Positions 38,959 to 49,501 of a stretch of DNA of 64,000 nt are shown piece after piece (the first letter of the stretch is position 1; each line of letters begins with the position of its first letter). The stretch lies in NCBI GenBank assembly GCA_041937175.2, contig CP166615.1, positions 4,128,001-4,192,000 of the forward strand. The letters run 5' to 3'. The notes below the pieces were generated by a model, which did no database searches, was not told the origin of the DNA, and saw only the letters and a program-made list of their open reading frames with translations. Origin of the DNA: Limnothrix sp. BL-A-16 (GTDB taxonomy: Bacteria; Cyanobacteriota; Cyanobacteriia; CACIAM-69d). The translations under genes and the position numbers were made by a program.

Positions 38959-40069
38959 CAACTTAGATAGCGTTCCCGGTGCGTTGCAAGCGCAGCTCTT
39001 GGGCCAGTTATTGGATGTGGCCAAGGAACTCGACCCCACAACCACCCCTGATCAGTCCCGATCGCCTGAGCCGATTGAACTTGGGGCAACCCAGCTTGAG
39101 CCGATCGAGATTGATCAGGCGATCGAACAGGCCCTCGCTGCCCATGCCTTCGATCCCGCTGATCTCCTAGAGGGCGACTTTTCTGCCCTTGCGGATCCGG
39201 CGATCAACCCCGCACCAGCGCGATCGCTATCCCCCAGCGATTTATCGGTTGCGAATCCTATGCTCGAACTTGATGCAATGCCCGTCGTTGACCAGCGCTA
39301 TCATGCCCTGCTGAAACAGCGGTTGATTCTAGAAGCCTCCCAGCGCCCTCCCCTGTTTCCTTGGGAGTCGCCCGAAACGGCGCTAGATTATCGCGACACT
39401 TACGAGGACGCACCCTCGATCGCCCAAGTTCCCCAAAATCCCTGGCTACGGCAGTTTCAGCAGCTCAATCTACCCACGAACCTGCCAGCGGAATTGGCCG
39501 AACGACTCTTGGCCGCTTGCCAAACCGTTGCCGCCCAGGCGCTCAAAGAAGGCGTAGCCCTCATGCAAGCCGTGGATGAGCTATTTCCCGACCAAGACCG
39601 CCTGCTGAATGCCCAAGCCTCCGTCGTGTTGCGCTGGGCAACGGCCGTGCGTACAGGCGCTGCCAATCGCTTCCCCATGGAATATGTGGAATACGATCGC
39701 GCCAATCCCCAGCAGCAAATGACCATTGCCCTGTTGGCCGCGCGGGAACTGCTGAACCGCCTGACCCTCGAACTCAGCGCCAAAACCCCCCAGGTCACCC
39801 AAGAATGGCTAGCCGATGGTGGTGCTTTGCGGATTGAGGCCCACTACATCCCCCAAGCCGATCGCCCTGCCTTGAACCTCACCCTCCGGCTTCCCGGCAC
39901 GGGCACCGCCACCCTCAACGGCCCCCAGGCCTCCGTGCAAGCGGCTGGAGAAGGCCTCCTGCGCCTGTCCATGCGGAACGTCAAACCGGGCGATCGCTAC
40001 CGGCTGTCCGTGGCCCAAGTGAGCGAAACGGAGCTTCCTCCCTTGACCTTCACGATTTTGGTGCGCTAG
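38951..40069 (+). CDS. patU3: PatU3-like protein
   Basis: MPVVDQRYHALLKQRL...PPLFPWE and QQQMTIALLAARELL..LTL segments. Translationally coupled to hetZ. Confidence 0.72.
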   Translation: MNSNLDSVPGALQAQLLGQLLDVAKELDPTTTPDQSRSPEPIELGATQLEPIEIDQAIEQALAAHAFDPADLLEGDFSALADPAINPAPARSLSPSDLSVANPMLELDAMPVVDQRYHALLKQRLILEASQRPPLFPWESPETALDYRDTYEDAPSIAQVPQNPWLRQFQQLNLPTNLPAELAERLLAACQTVAAQALKEGVALMQAVDELFPDQDRLLNAQASVVLRWATAVRTGAANRFPMEYVEYDRANPQQQMTIALLAARELLNRLTLELSAKTPQVTQEWLADGGALRIEAHYIPQADRPALNLTLRLPGTGTATLNGPQASVQAAGEGLLRLSMRNVKPGDRYRLSVAQVSETELPPLTFTILVR

Positions 40070-40362
40070 CTGCCCACGAACGAACAGCCACGAACGAGCG
40101 GCCACGAACGAGCGGCCCCGGGCAACCGACCGTGAGCGATTCGCCATGAACTGAGATCCCGTCAAATTGCGGGCGTGACTCAAGAGCGCGACTCGGGAGC
40201 ATGACCCAGATTTAGCAACCTGCCTGTTGTAAAAGTAATCGAGTCAGGCGATACACTAAAAGACGGGCGATCGCACGATCCAGCGACCTATCCATCGCCT
40301 GCCCCGAGGTCATCCCTCTAAGGAAAGTCCTCATCCGTTTTGCTAAATCCAGAACGCTCGCC

Positions 40363-40599
40363 ATGACCCTACCCCTCACTGTTGAAAACGTCGAAACCAC
40401 CCTTGATGAACTTCGTCCCTACCTAATGGCTGACGGCGGCAACGTTCAGCTTGTTGAAATTGACGGGCCCGTTGTCAAGCTGCGTCTCCAAGGTGCTTGT
40501 GGTTCTTGCCCCAGCTCGGCCATGACCCTGCGGATGGGCATTGAGCGTCGTCTGAAGGAAGTGATCCCCGAAATTGCCGAAATTGAACAAGTGGTTTAA
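40363..40599 (+). CDS. nfuA: NifU/NfuA-type Fe-S scaffold
   Basis: [12 protein letters not shown] and [11 protein letters not shown] motifs. Confidence 0.92.
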   Translation: MTLPLTVENVETTLDELRPYLMADGGNVQLVEIDGPVVKLRLQGACGSCPSSAMTLRMGIERRLKEVIPEIAEIEQVV

Positions 40600-41100
40600 A
40601 TCGTTTACCCGAGCCTTGGGTTTGAGTCTCAACACTGAAACCTTTGACTCTCAAAAAAAAGTCAACACAGCCACTAAATACAACTGATCGATCGCTGATA
40701 AAACAAGGGGCTTTTGCTCCTTGTTTTCTTATTTGATTGTTCTGTTGTGAATTGTTTTCTATGAATTTTCTTGTTTGTTCTCTTTGAATCTTGTTTAGCC
40801 CCCAGCGAGAGTTATTGTCTATTGAAAAATATCTAATTAATAGCTCAAGAAATTTAAAAACTTACGTATACGGGTCGAATTTGATTCGCATTTCTTTGAT
40901 TTGGGAATTTTGACTCACAAATAAAAATCTTCACGAAAACGTGAATAATAGTTGCTCTTGACCTTGATTCTTATTGGAAAAGAGAGATCAAAATTCCAGA
41001 AATCTAGAAGCCCAAAAATACAAAAATCTAGCCATCTAAAAACTAAAATCAGACAATAAAAATGTTACCGAAATACTTTCAGTAAAAGAGTTTAAATATA

Positions 41101-41132
41101 AACAGGCAAGGAGCTGATGTTCCTTGCCTGTT
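41101..41132. terminator. Strong hairpin, probable terminator
   Basis: AACAGGCAAGGA-GCTGATGT-TCCTTGCCTGTT. Confidence 0.55.
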
Positions 41133-41523
41133 CAACGTTTGCGCCGCTTGGCGATCTGGATTACTTCAGCCTGTTTTCAGACATTCATTGAAATTTGTTG
41201 ATCGACACTCTGTTAGATCCATTGATTGATAGACTGCGATTGATAGATTGAGTCTGATCAATCAACTTAATAGATCTAACCGGAGCTAACTAGACCTAAT
41301 TAGTGCTGCTTAGATCTTGGGGTGAGTCTCAACGAGGCTGAATCTGAATGGGTCTGAATTAATCGCAGCAAGAGAGTGTATGTACCTCAGCCGATCGGCA
41401 TGTGATTCTCTGATTTGGCGAGCGAAAGTTTCAAACTTGATGGGCGACAATGCCCACGTGATTCCACAGGGTAGCTTAAGGTTGGGCAAGCCAATTAATG
41501 TGCGTTTGATGGGGCTACTGGTC

Positions 41524-41748
41524 TTAATCGTTAGTCCATTCTTCGTGACTGAGCAGGTCTCCCACGCAGTCCCGGAGCAGATAGTCACACCGCTCTAGCT
41601 CAAACTCCACACAAGTCCATTCCCGAGGCGGAATAAATTGGCAGAGGACATAGAGGGGCTGATGACGATCCACGTTTCCCGTTTCCACGAGATGGCGGGC
41701 TTCGTCTCGGATCTCGTCGATCGAGTAACGCAGTTTCGTTTGCAGCAT
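41524..41748 (-). CDS. DUF4327 family small protein
   Basis: YSIDEIRDEARHLV...HQPLYVLCQFIPPREW..VE.ELE..DYLLRD..DL...E.W.ND pattern. Confidence 0.85.
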   Translation of the reverse strand: MLQTKLRYSIDEIRDEARHLVETGNVDRHQPLYVLCQFIPPREWTCVEFELERCDYLLRDCVGDLLSHEEWTND

Positions 41749-42332
41749 ATAGAAGGCCCTCTTGGCGATCGATTCGGATGGTTCGGTATGGCTCGATTCA
41801 AATGCACCCTACTGTAACGCACCAAATTTATCTATGGCTGTTGCTTAGTAGCGGGCAATACTGAACTTTTACCTATTCTCATCCTTGCCCGAGGGGTTGG
41901 CACGGGTCTAATCGTTAAAAATTCTTAAAGACTGCGACTGTCCTGCAATATTTGATCATCCCCCTTATCATGGCTCTTGGATCGCGACTGGGCGGGGCGA
42001 TCGAAGCCGCCCAGTCACGGGGCAAAATCAGTCTAGCTCTGGAACTGTGGGCACTGGCAATGGTTGTGAATAGTTGCCAAATAGTCGCGCGAGGAGTGGC
42101 GCGAGTAGTGGACGGAGGCAAAAAGTACCTAATTTGGCCCATAAACCGCAAGCACCGGAAGATCCATAGGACTCATCTTCCAGTGCTTGTGGTGGGTGAT
42201 GCTATGAGCTAGCTGAAAGGTTGGCTGCTCCCGATCGGGCGGCCTGGGGTTCGCGATGCCTAGGCAGCGATCACCCCTCTTGTTTGATAACAACCTAATT
42301 GCAACCGGCAGATGGCTCGCTAGGGTGAAGGC

Positions 42333-42692
42333 CTAGCTAGCGATCGTGCGAGGAGTGCCCTCAAGGGCTTGGTCTTCACTATCAAAAATTTCAAATACGG
42401 AATCCATCATGGTGACCTCGAAAACCAGCTTGGCTTCGGGGTGTACCTGACAGAGGCGAAAACTGCCTTTTTCCTTATCGGCATCACGCATCCCGGCAAC
42501 GAGCGAGGTGAGGCCAGAACTGTCAATGAAGTTGACCTTACTGAGATTCACGACGATATGAGGACTCAGCTTAGAAATACATTCTTGCAGTTTGAGGCGA
42601 AATTGCCAGGCTGTCGTAATGTCCAGCCGTCCTTCAGGGGTGAGAACAATTACCGTCGTGCCATCTTTGGTCGTGTGGGTCTTCTGCTCCAT
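42333..42692 (-). CDS. STAS-domain anti-sigma factor antagonist
   Basis: GRLD and VNFIDSSGL (phosphorylatable Ser) motifs. Confidence 0.9.
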   Translation of the reverse strand: MEQKTHTTKDGTTVIVLTPEGRLDITTAWQFRLKLQECISKLSPHIVVNLSKVNFIDSSGLTSLVAGMRDADKEKGSFRLCQVHPEAKLVFEVTMMDSVFEIFDSEDQALEGTPRTIAS

Positions 42693-42998
42693 GATGGATT
42701 GTTCGCTCTTGGGGGACTAGGAAGGGGGCTGGCCGACAGATCGTGTTGAGGACAGCGGCGGATCGGCAAGCACTTCATGACCATACCCAAACTCGGGGGC
42801 CAGTGGATGTGCAAAGAACGATCCCGGTCAGGACACGGAGATCGAAACAAAGCTGGGGGCTTGATGCTTCGATGTGATCGCACCGGCTACGAGCACCACG
42901 CAATCGGAAGCAGCGCTCGACAGGTAAGTCTCCTTCGGATTGTATCACGGCACCCCAGGAGACTTAAGGGGTCTCGGAGTGCCGTTTTCCCCAAGCTG

Positions 42999-44084
42999 CT
43001 AGGCAAGTCCAGGCACTTGAGGGGGTGCATTGAGCCAATCCTGCGGCTTCAGGAAGATCTCATAGAGACTCGCTTCCCGCGTGTTGGGGTCGGGTTGGTA
43101 GCCATATTCCCAACGCACGAGTGGCGGCAAAGACATCAAAATTGACTCTGTGCGACCGTTGGTTTGCAGCCCGAAGATCGTGCCGCGATCGTACACCAAG
43201 TTAAACTCAACGTACCGTCCTCGACGATAAAGCTGGAAATTTCGCTCCCGATCGCCATATTCCTGGGACTGGCGACGCTCAATGATCGGTACGTAGGCCG
43301 GTAGGAAGGCCCGTCCGCAACCTTGCACGAAGCCGAACAACTCTTCCCAATTGCGCTGAGCCGGCACGCCCACTTGCTTGCTGTGTTGGGCGGCGGGGCC
43401 TTGGGCATCGGGGCCGCGATAGAGTTCGTTGGTACCGTCTTGGTAATCAAAGAAGATGCCGCCAACCCCACGGGTTTCATTGCGGTGCTTCAGGAAGAAA
43501 TATTCATCGCACCAGAGTTTGAAGGTGTCGTAGTAGTGCGGATTGTGGCGATCGCACGCATCCTTCAGGGTTTGGTGAAAATGCACCACATCTTCCACAA
43601 AGGGGTAGTAGGGGGTGAGGTCAATGCCGCCCCCAAACCACCACACGGGGCCCGCTTCAAAGTAGCGGTAGTTGAGGTGAACCGTGGGAATGTAGGGATT
43701 TTTGGGGTGCAGCACCATGGAGGTACCGGTGGCATAGAAGCCGTGGCCGGCCGCTTCCGGGCGCTGGGTCAAAATTGAAGGGGGTAATTGAGTGCCCCAC
43801 ACTTCCGAGAAGTTGACTCCGCCTTGCTCAAATACGCCGCCGTTGGTGATGACGCGCGATCGCCCGCCGCCCCCTTCGGGCCGTTCCCAGGCATCTTCAC
43901 GGAACTGACCCGCCCCATCGGCGGCCGTCAGTCCCTGGCAAATTTCATCTTGAATTTGGCGCATCCATTGGCCAACCCGCTCACGGGAGTCGGCTGGCGG
44001 TGCGCCCGCAACCATGGGTTGGGCCTGGCCGTTGGCCTCGGGATGGGTGATCGATGACTTGGCGGGGGTTGCGAATGCGGTCAT
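42999..44084 (-). CDS. hemF: Oxygen-dependent coproporphyrinogen III oxidase
   Basis: [11 protein letters not shown] and [35 protein letters not shown] motifs. Confidence 0.97.
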   Translation of the reverse strand: MTAFATPAKSSITHPEANGQAQPMVAGAPPADSRERVGQWMRQIQDEICQGLTAADGAGQFREDAWERPEGGGGRSRVITNGGVFEQGGVNFSEVWGTQLPPSILTQRPEAAGHGFYATGTSMVLHPKNPYIPTVHLNYRYFEAGPVWWFGGGIDLTPYYPFVEDVVHFHQTLKDACDRHNPHYYDTFKLWCDEYFFLKHRNETRGVGGIFFDYQDGTNELYRGPDAQGPAAQHSKQVGVPAQRNWEELFGFVQGCGRAFLPAYVPIIERRQSQEYGDRERNFQLYRRGRYVEFNLVYDRGTIFGLQTNGRTESILMSLPPLVRWEYGYQPDPNTREASLYEIFLKPQDWLNAPPQVPGLA

Positions 44085-44916
44085 AGCTAATGTCTAACGC
44101 AGTTTGTTAGGAAGCTTTAGGAAAAGGAAACGCCCGCGATCGACCTAAATTTAGGAACTCCCTCAGCCTGGGACGGGGGACGGCGATCGATCTTGGTAGA
44201 AAACAGGTTCTGGCGGTTGGGTCAGTTTCCTCACCCAAACGACAACCAGTGCCACGGTTGCTATTGACCCTCTAGCGTACCGGAGGCCCCTAAAAGTCCA
44301 GCCAAGCAGTCGTAGAACTTAACAATTTTGTTGTAATTCTGCTGCTGAATCGGAATCAATCGTTGGTACGAACGCTCGATCGCCCCCGATTGCCTAAGCC
44401 GCCGCCTACCAACTTCCCTTAACAAGACTGGGATCAAGATGGGGATCCGCTTGCAATTGAAGAACCTCCAGAACCATGAGAGCGACTCAAACAGATACTC
44501 AAATCAATACTCATCAATACTCAAACAGAACCCAAACAGATGTAGAAGCAATCTCTAGAACCCAACCCAGACTCCTGAGAACCGAGCCGCCCCAGATTTC
44601 CCCAAATCTCGATCTTGCAAGCCCTGAGAACAATCAGAACATGAGGAGCCTTCTGCTCGATCGGTAGCAGCCCACCGGCAAACGGTAAGATTTCAAAACA
44701 TATAAACTCTGAGTACAAATCCTTAGAATCACCCAAAAGTTCCTGAATCATCCCGACTCGCTGCCATGGCCGCACCATCGGCCCCCGCAATCAGAGTCTT
44801 GGAAACTTCAGTGAATTCGGGATCTCTGAGGGATCTGTTCGGGATCTCTTTTAGCCTCAGCTTCCGATTAAGACTCAGCTTTCGACTCAGCTACGCCAAC
44901 GAATTCCCACTCACCC

Positions 44917-45996
44917 ATGACTGCTACCGCCCTCAGTCCCGAAGCCGTGCTTGAGATTTTGCGCCCCGTGGAAGATCCGGAACTGCGCAAAAGCCTTGTT
45001 GAGTTGAACATGATCCGCAACGTCAGCATTGATGGTGGCGCTGTGCGGTTCACCCTGGTGCTGACGACCCCCGCTTGCCCCCTGCGGGAATTTATTGTGG
45101 ATGACTGCAAGCGAGCGGTGAAAACCCTGCCCGGTGTGGAGTCGGTGGACGTGGAAGTGACGGCCGAAACGCCGCAACAGAAATCTTTGCCCGATCGCTC
45201 GGGAATTTCCGGCGTGAAAAACATCCTGGCCGTGTCCAGCGGTAAGGGAGGTGTGGGCAAAAGCACCGTAGCTGTGAATATTGCCGTTTCCCTGGCCCAA
45301 GCGGGGGCCAAAGTGGGGCTAATTGATGCCGACATCTATGGGCCCAACGTGCCGACCATGCTGGGTTTAACCCAGGCGGAGGTGATGGTGCGGCCAGGGC
45401 AGGGGCAAGGGCAAGACATCTTGGAACCGGCGGAAAACCACGGCGTGAAGATGGTGTCCATGGGCTTCTTGATTGACCCCGATCAACCGGTGATTTGGCG
45501 GGGGCCGATGCTGAACGGCATCATTCGCCAATTCCTGTACCAAGTGGATTGGGGCGAGTTGGACTATTTAATCGTGGATATGCCGCCGGGAACGGGGGAT
45601 GCCCAGTTGACCATGGCCCAAGCCGTACCCATGGCGGGGGCGGTGATTGTGACCACGCCCCAAACGGTGTCGCTGATTGATGCGCGGCGGGGGCTAAAGA
45701 TGTTCCAGCAGCTCAGTGTGCCGGTGTTGGGGATCGTGGAAAATATGAGCTACTTCATTCCGCCGGATCTGCCCGATCGCCAATACGACCTATTTGGTTC
45801 GGGTGGCGGTAAAAAGACAGCGGAAGAATTAGCAGTGCCGCTGCTGGGCTGTGTGCCCTTGGAGATGCCTGTGCGGGAAGGGGGCGATCGGGGTGTGCCC
45901 ATTGTGGTGTCGGCTCCGGATTCGGCCTCAGCCCAGGCCCTGAAGGCGATCGCCCAGGCCGTGGCGGCACGGGTTTCGGTAATGGCCCTGAGCTAG
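44917..45996 (+). CDS. mrp: Mrp/NBP35 (ApbC) Fe-S carrier ATPase
   Basis: N-terminal LTTPACP, SGKGGVGKST, WRGPM and DMPPGTGD motifs. Confidence 0.93.
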   Translation: MTATALSPEAVLEILRPVEDPELRKSLVELNMIRNVSIDGGAVRFTLVLTTPACPLREFIVDDCKRAVKTLPGVESVDVEVTAETPQQKSLPDRSGISGVKNILAVSSGKGGVGKSTVAVNIAVSLAQAGAKVGLIDADIYGPNVPTMLGLTQAEVMVRPGQGQGQDILEPAENHGVKMVSMGFLIDPDQPVIWRGPMLNGIIRQFLYQVDWGELDYLIVDMPPGTGDAQLTMAQAVPMAGAVIVTTPQTVSLIDARRGLKMFQQLSVPVLGIVENMSYFIPPDLPDRQYDLFGSGGGKKTAEELAVPLLGCVPLEMPVREGGDRGVPIVVSAPDSASAQALKAIAQAVAARVSVMALS

Positions 45997-46097
45997 TTTG
46001 CCTGAACTCGTTTGGGGGTTACCGGCGACTGGCGGCGAACCATCGGGCCATCGCTCCGCTACTGTTTGATCCAATCCTCGCCCTTTGCTTGCACTCA

Positions 46098-47357
46098 ATG
46101 GCTTCTTCCATGTTGCGCTCCAGTCGCTGGAATCTCAAATCCCTGATTCAACCCTGGGCTGATATTGACTGGGTGTTGCTGCTGGCGGTCACGGTGATGA
46201 CCGTTATTGGTGGCATCAGCATCCGCAGCGTCGAACTCAGCTCCGGGGGCACGAACTGGATTCAACACCTGGTGATGGGAGCCATTGGTTTAATCATTGC
46301 CCTGTGGCTAGCCCGATCGCGCTATGAAGAAGTGGAGCGTTGGCGCTGGTGGATCTATGGCGGCATTAACCTGCTGTTGATTGCGGTGATGCTGTTCGGG
46401 ACAACGGCCTTGGGGGCAGAACGTTGGCTGACGATCGGGAACTTTAATATTCAGCCTTCGGAGTTTGCCAAGGTGGGGCTAATCATCACCCTAGCCAGCG
46501 CCATCAACCAAGAAAGCATTTCCACCCTGCCGCGTTTGTTCCAGGTGCTAGCCGTGACGGCCGTGCCCGCAGCCCTGGTGTTCTTGCAGCCCAGCTTGGG
46601 ATCAACGTTGGTGCTGGGGTCGATTTGCATGAGCATGTTGTATTGGGGCAATGCCAATCCCGGTTGGCTGGCGCTGCTGGTGTCGCCGGTAATTTCCGCT
46701 GTGCTGTTTAACGTTTATTTGCCCGCTTGGTTGGCTTGGGTGGCCCTGATGGGGTTTGCGGCTTGGAAAAGTCTGCCCTGGCGCATCTATGGCAGCTTGG
46801 GGGCGATCGTGGTGAACCTGACCTCCGGGGGGTTGGGCAAAATCTTTTGGGACTTTCTGAAGCCATACCAAAAGGCCCGAATCACCATGTTTCTCAATCC
46901 AGATCAGGATCCGATGGGTGGGGGCTATCACTTGATCCAGTCGCGGATCGCGATCGGGGCGGGGGAACTTTGGGGCCAGGGGTTGTTCAAAGGAACCCAA
47001 ACCCAGTTGAACTTCATTCCCGAGCAAGACACGGACTTTATCTTTGCGGCGGTGGGCGAAGAGCTGGGTTTTATTGGCTCGATCGTGGTGCTGGCCCTGT
47101 TTTGGATTATTTGCCTGCGGTTGGTGTCGATCGCCCAATCCGCGAAAGATAACTTTGGCTCGGCGATCGCGATTGGCGTGTTGGGAATGTTGATTTTCCA
47201 AATTACGGTCAACATTGGGATGACAATTGGACTGGCTCCGATCACGGGGATTCCTTTGCCCTGGTTGAGTTATGGGCGATCGGCAATGCTCACGAATTTT
47301 GTGGCGATCGGGCTGGTGCTGTCGGTGGCCAACCATCGCCAGCGGCTGCGATTCTAG
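46098..47357 (+). CDS. rodA: Rod shape-determining protein RodA (SEDS family)
   Basis: GAERWL, IQPSEFAK, QSRIAIGAG, TDFIFAAVGEELGF and GIPLPWLSYG motifs. Confidence 0.92.
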   Translation: MASSMLRSSRWNLKSLIQPWADIDWVLLLAVTVMTVIGGISIRSVELSSGGTNWIQHLVMGAIGLIIALWLARSRYEEVERWRWWIYGGINLLLIAVMLFGTTALGAERWLTIGNFNIQPSEFAKVGLIITLASAINQESISTLPRLFQVLAVTAVPAALVFLQPSLGSTLVLGSICMSMLYWGNANPGWLALLVSPVISAVLFNVYLPAWLAWVALMGFAAWKSLPWRIYGSLGAIVVNLTSGGLGKIFWDFLKPYQKARITMFLNPDQDPMGGGYHLIQSRIAIGAGELWGQGLFKGTQTQLNFIPEQDTDFIFAAVGEELGFIGSIVVLALFWIICLRLVSIAQSAKDNFGSAIAIGVLGMLIFQITVNIGMTIGLAPITGIPLPWLSYGRSAMLTNFVAIGLVLSVANHRQRLRF

Positions 47358-47454
47358 CGGTTGCGATTCTGAACTGGGATTTCGTCACTAGAGTTTTGAC
47401 GGCTCTCCCTTGTTTTCCGTGGCTTTTAACGGCATCAGGTATTAGGACTCAGCG

Positions 47455-48120
47455 GTGTTTACAGGATTGGTGCAAGGACTGGGAACCCTGGAACGGCTGG
47501 GGAACGATCGGGTGGTGATTACCTGCGAACCCGAGGCGATCGGGGCGATCGTCCCCGGTTTGGAACTGGGTGATAGCGTGGCGGTGAACGGGGTGTGCTT
47601 GACGGTGGAAACCCTGTTGCCCGATGGGTTTGTGGCGGCGGTGTCCCCGGAAACCATCGATCGCACTACCCTGGGGCAAGGGCAGCGCGTGAATTTGGAA
47701 CCCTCGTTGCGGGTGGGCAGCAAAATTGGCGGCCACTTCGTGACGGGCCATGTGGATGGGCCCGGCTGGTTTGAATCAGCGATCGCCACGGCCACCTCCT
47801 GGGAACTGAGTTTTCAGGCGAGCGATCGGGTCGCGCGTTACATCGTTCAAAAGGGCAGCATCGCGATCGATGGCATCAGCCTAACGATCGCCGATTGTTC
47901 TGACGACGGCCGCTGGTTCAAGGTGGCCGCCATCCCCCACACTTATGCCCACACCACCTTGCAGGACTTGCAGCCTGGGGCCGCCGTCAACCTGGAAGGG
48001 GATGTGTTGGGAAAATATGTTGAAAAACTACTGCGATCGGGAGCGGTTCCCCTGAACGGCAGCGCTGGGGAGAGCTATGCCATTACCCCCGACTTTTTAG
48101 CGGAGCATGGCTATCTTTAG
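47455..48120 (+). CDS. ribE: Riboflavin synthase (alpha chain)
   Basis: MFTGLV, GDSVAVNGVCLTV, GGHFVTGHVDG and KGSIAIDGISLTI motifs. Confidence 0.95.
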   Translation: MFTGLVQGLGTLERLGNDRVVITCEPEAIGAIVPGLELGDSVAVNGVCLTVETLLPDGFVAAVSPETIDRTTLGQGQRVNLEPSLRVGSKIGGHFVTGHVDGPGWFESAIATATSWELSFQASDRVARYIVQKGSIAIDGISLTIADCSDDGRWFKVAAIPHTYAHTTLQDLQPGAAVNLEGDVLGKYVEKLLRSGAVPLNGSAGESYAITPDFLAEHGYL

Positions 48121-48298
48121 AGGCTCGATCGCTCGTAGCCCGAACCAGCCCCATGCAGGGATTGCTGAGGAATACCGGGGCGATCGGGCAAGGGCCGCGA
48201 AACCCAGTACCATAGATCCCGGAGATTAGGCAGAAAGATTCAGCAAATCCCTGAGCAAACCTCAACGCTTGGCGATCATCATTTGCAATCTCGAAGCT

Positions 48299-48445
48299 GA
48301 GGAACTGTCGTCGTTTTGCCCGAAACCTCAGATCTGCCGCTAGCGGATCGTGGGGGGGCAAGGGGCTTAAGCCCCTTGGTACAACGATTGGGGCACGAAA
48401 AATCAACGGTTTCAGCCTCGCCTCGAAAAATGACGACAGACCCTA
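48299..48445. mobile_element. MITE (family 1), about 147 bp, without a tandem array
   Basis: GAGGAACTGTCGTC...TGACGACAGACCCTA ends and palindrome at 48359-48378. GGGCACGAAAAATCAAC is shared with the reverse complement of the 17080 copy. Confidence 0.72.
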
Positions 48446-48639
48446 GGCAAACCGATCAATTCATAACCGGCGACAACCGATCAGGCGCTGAATCAATAGG
48501 CTCTGATCAATGACTGAATTCATTTCTGATGTTGCGGTTCTTGAGGTTGCGGTTTGCGCTCCGGCCCCCGATGCGCCATTTCCGGCCGATTTTCCTTTAA
48601 CAACCATTTCTTGAAAACGCTGGTTCTTCCTAGGTTGGC

Positions 48640-49371
48640 ATGAGCGATTCCCCTGCGTCCGCCGTCATTGACCCGTCTACCGCCCTCGACTCCTTGGCCA
48701 CCGCGCTCAACAGCGGCAACCTGAAAAAGCAATTGGCTGCCCTTCCGGCGTTGGCGGCCCTGGATGATGGTGTGGCCTTGCTGATCGACTTTGCCAAGGA
48801 TCGATCGCCCCAGCCCTTGGCCATTGAAACGATCGATCCGCTGCTGGGCCGCATCTGCCAACTGTTGAACCGGGCCGACTTGCCCCAGGCTCGCAACTTC
48901 CTCGAAGGCTACTATCCCGATGGGGTGGTGGAGTTGCCCGGGGAATGCACCGTGGACTACCAACCCATTCAAGCGGCGTTGCTTGAGGAAGATTTTGATC
49001 AGGCCGATCGAATCACCATCCAAAAATTGTGTGAGCTGGCGGGCCCCGAAGCTGCCAAGCGCAAATGGCTGTATTTCACCGAGGTCGATCGCTTCCCCGC
49101 CCTCGATCTGCAAGTGATTGATGGCCTCTGGCGTACCTACTCCGAAGGGAAATTTGGCTTTTCGATTCAGCGCGAAATTTGGCTGGGTGTGGGGCAAGAT
49201 TGGGAAAAATTCTGGCCCAAAATTAACTGGAAACAGGGCAACCACTGGACGCGCTGGCCCAGTGAATTTACCTGGAATTTGGAAGCGCCCCGAGGCCATT
49301 TACCCACCACCAATCAACTGCGGGGCGTGCGGGTGATGAATGCCCTGATGCGCCATCCGGCTTGGTCTTAG
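48640..49371 (+). CDS. gun4: GUN4 (Mg-chelatase cofactor, Ycf53)
   Basis: RKWLYFTEV, DL..ID.LW..YSEGKFGFSIQREIW and APRGHLP motifs. Confidence 0.92.
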   Translation: MSDSPASAVIDPSTALDSLATALNSGNLKKQLAALPALAALDDGVALLIDFAKDRSPQPLAIETIDPLLGRICQLLNRADLPQARNFLEGYYPDGVVELPGECTVDYQPIQAALLEEDFDQADRITIQKLCELAGPEAAKRKWLYFTEVDRFPALDLQVIDGLWRTYSEGKFGFSIQREIWLGVGQDWEKFWPKINWKQGNHWTRWPSEFTWNLEAPRGHLPTTNQLRGVRVMNALMRHPAWS

Positions 49372-49501
49372 AGGATGTCTAAAAAGCCAACATTGCTACG
49401 CTGTACGCCCCAGAGATCGATGTAGACAAGGGGCTTAAGCCCCTTGTTCCTACGACAATTAGTCTTTAGCCCGTACTGAAAGATACTTCTCAGACATCCT
49501 C
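49371..49501. mobile_element. 131-bp MITE (family 2) with TTA target-site duplication
   Basis: TTA|GAGGATGTCTAAAAAG ... CTTCTCAGACATCCTC|TTA, with the central palindrome at 49426-49447. Confidence 0.82.

Noticed and set aside
42820..42920. SRP RNA-like CCCGGTCAGGAC segment
   Set aside because: It lacks the GGAAGG(T/C)AGCAGC continuation and the enclosing helix.
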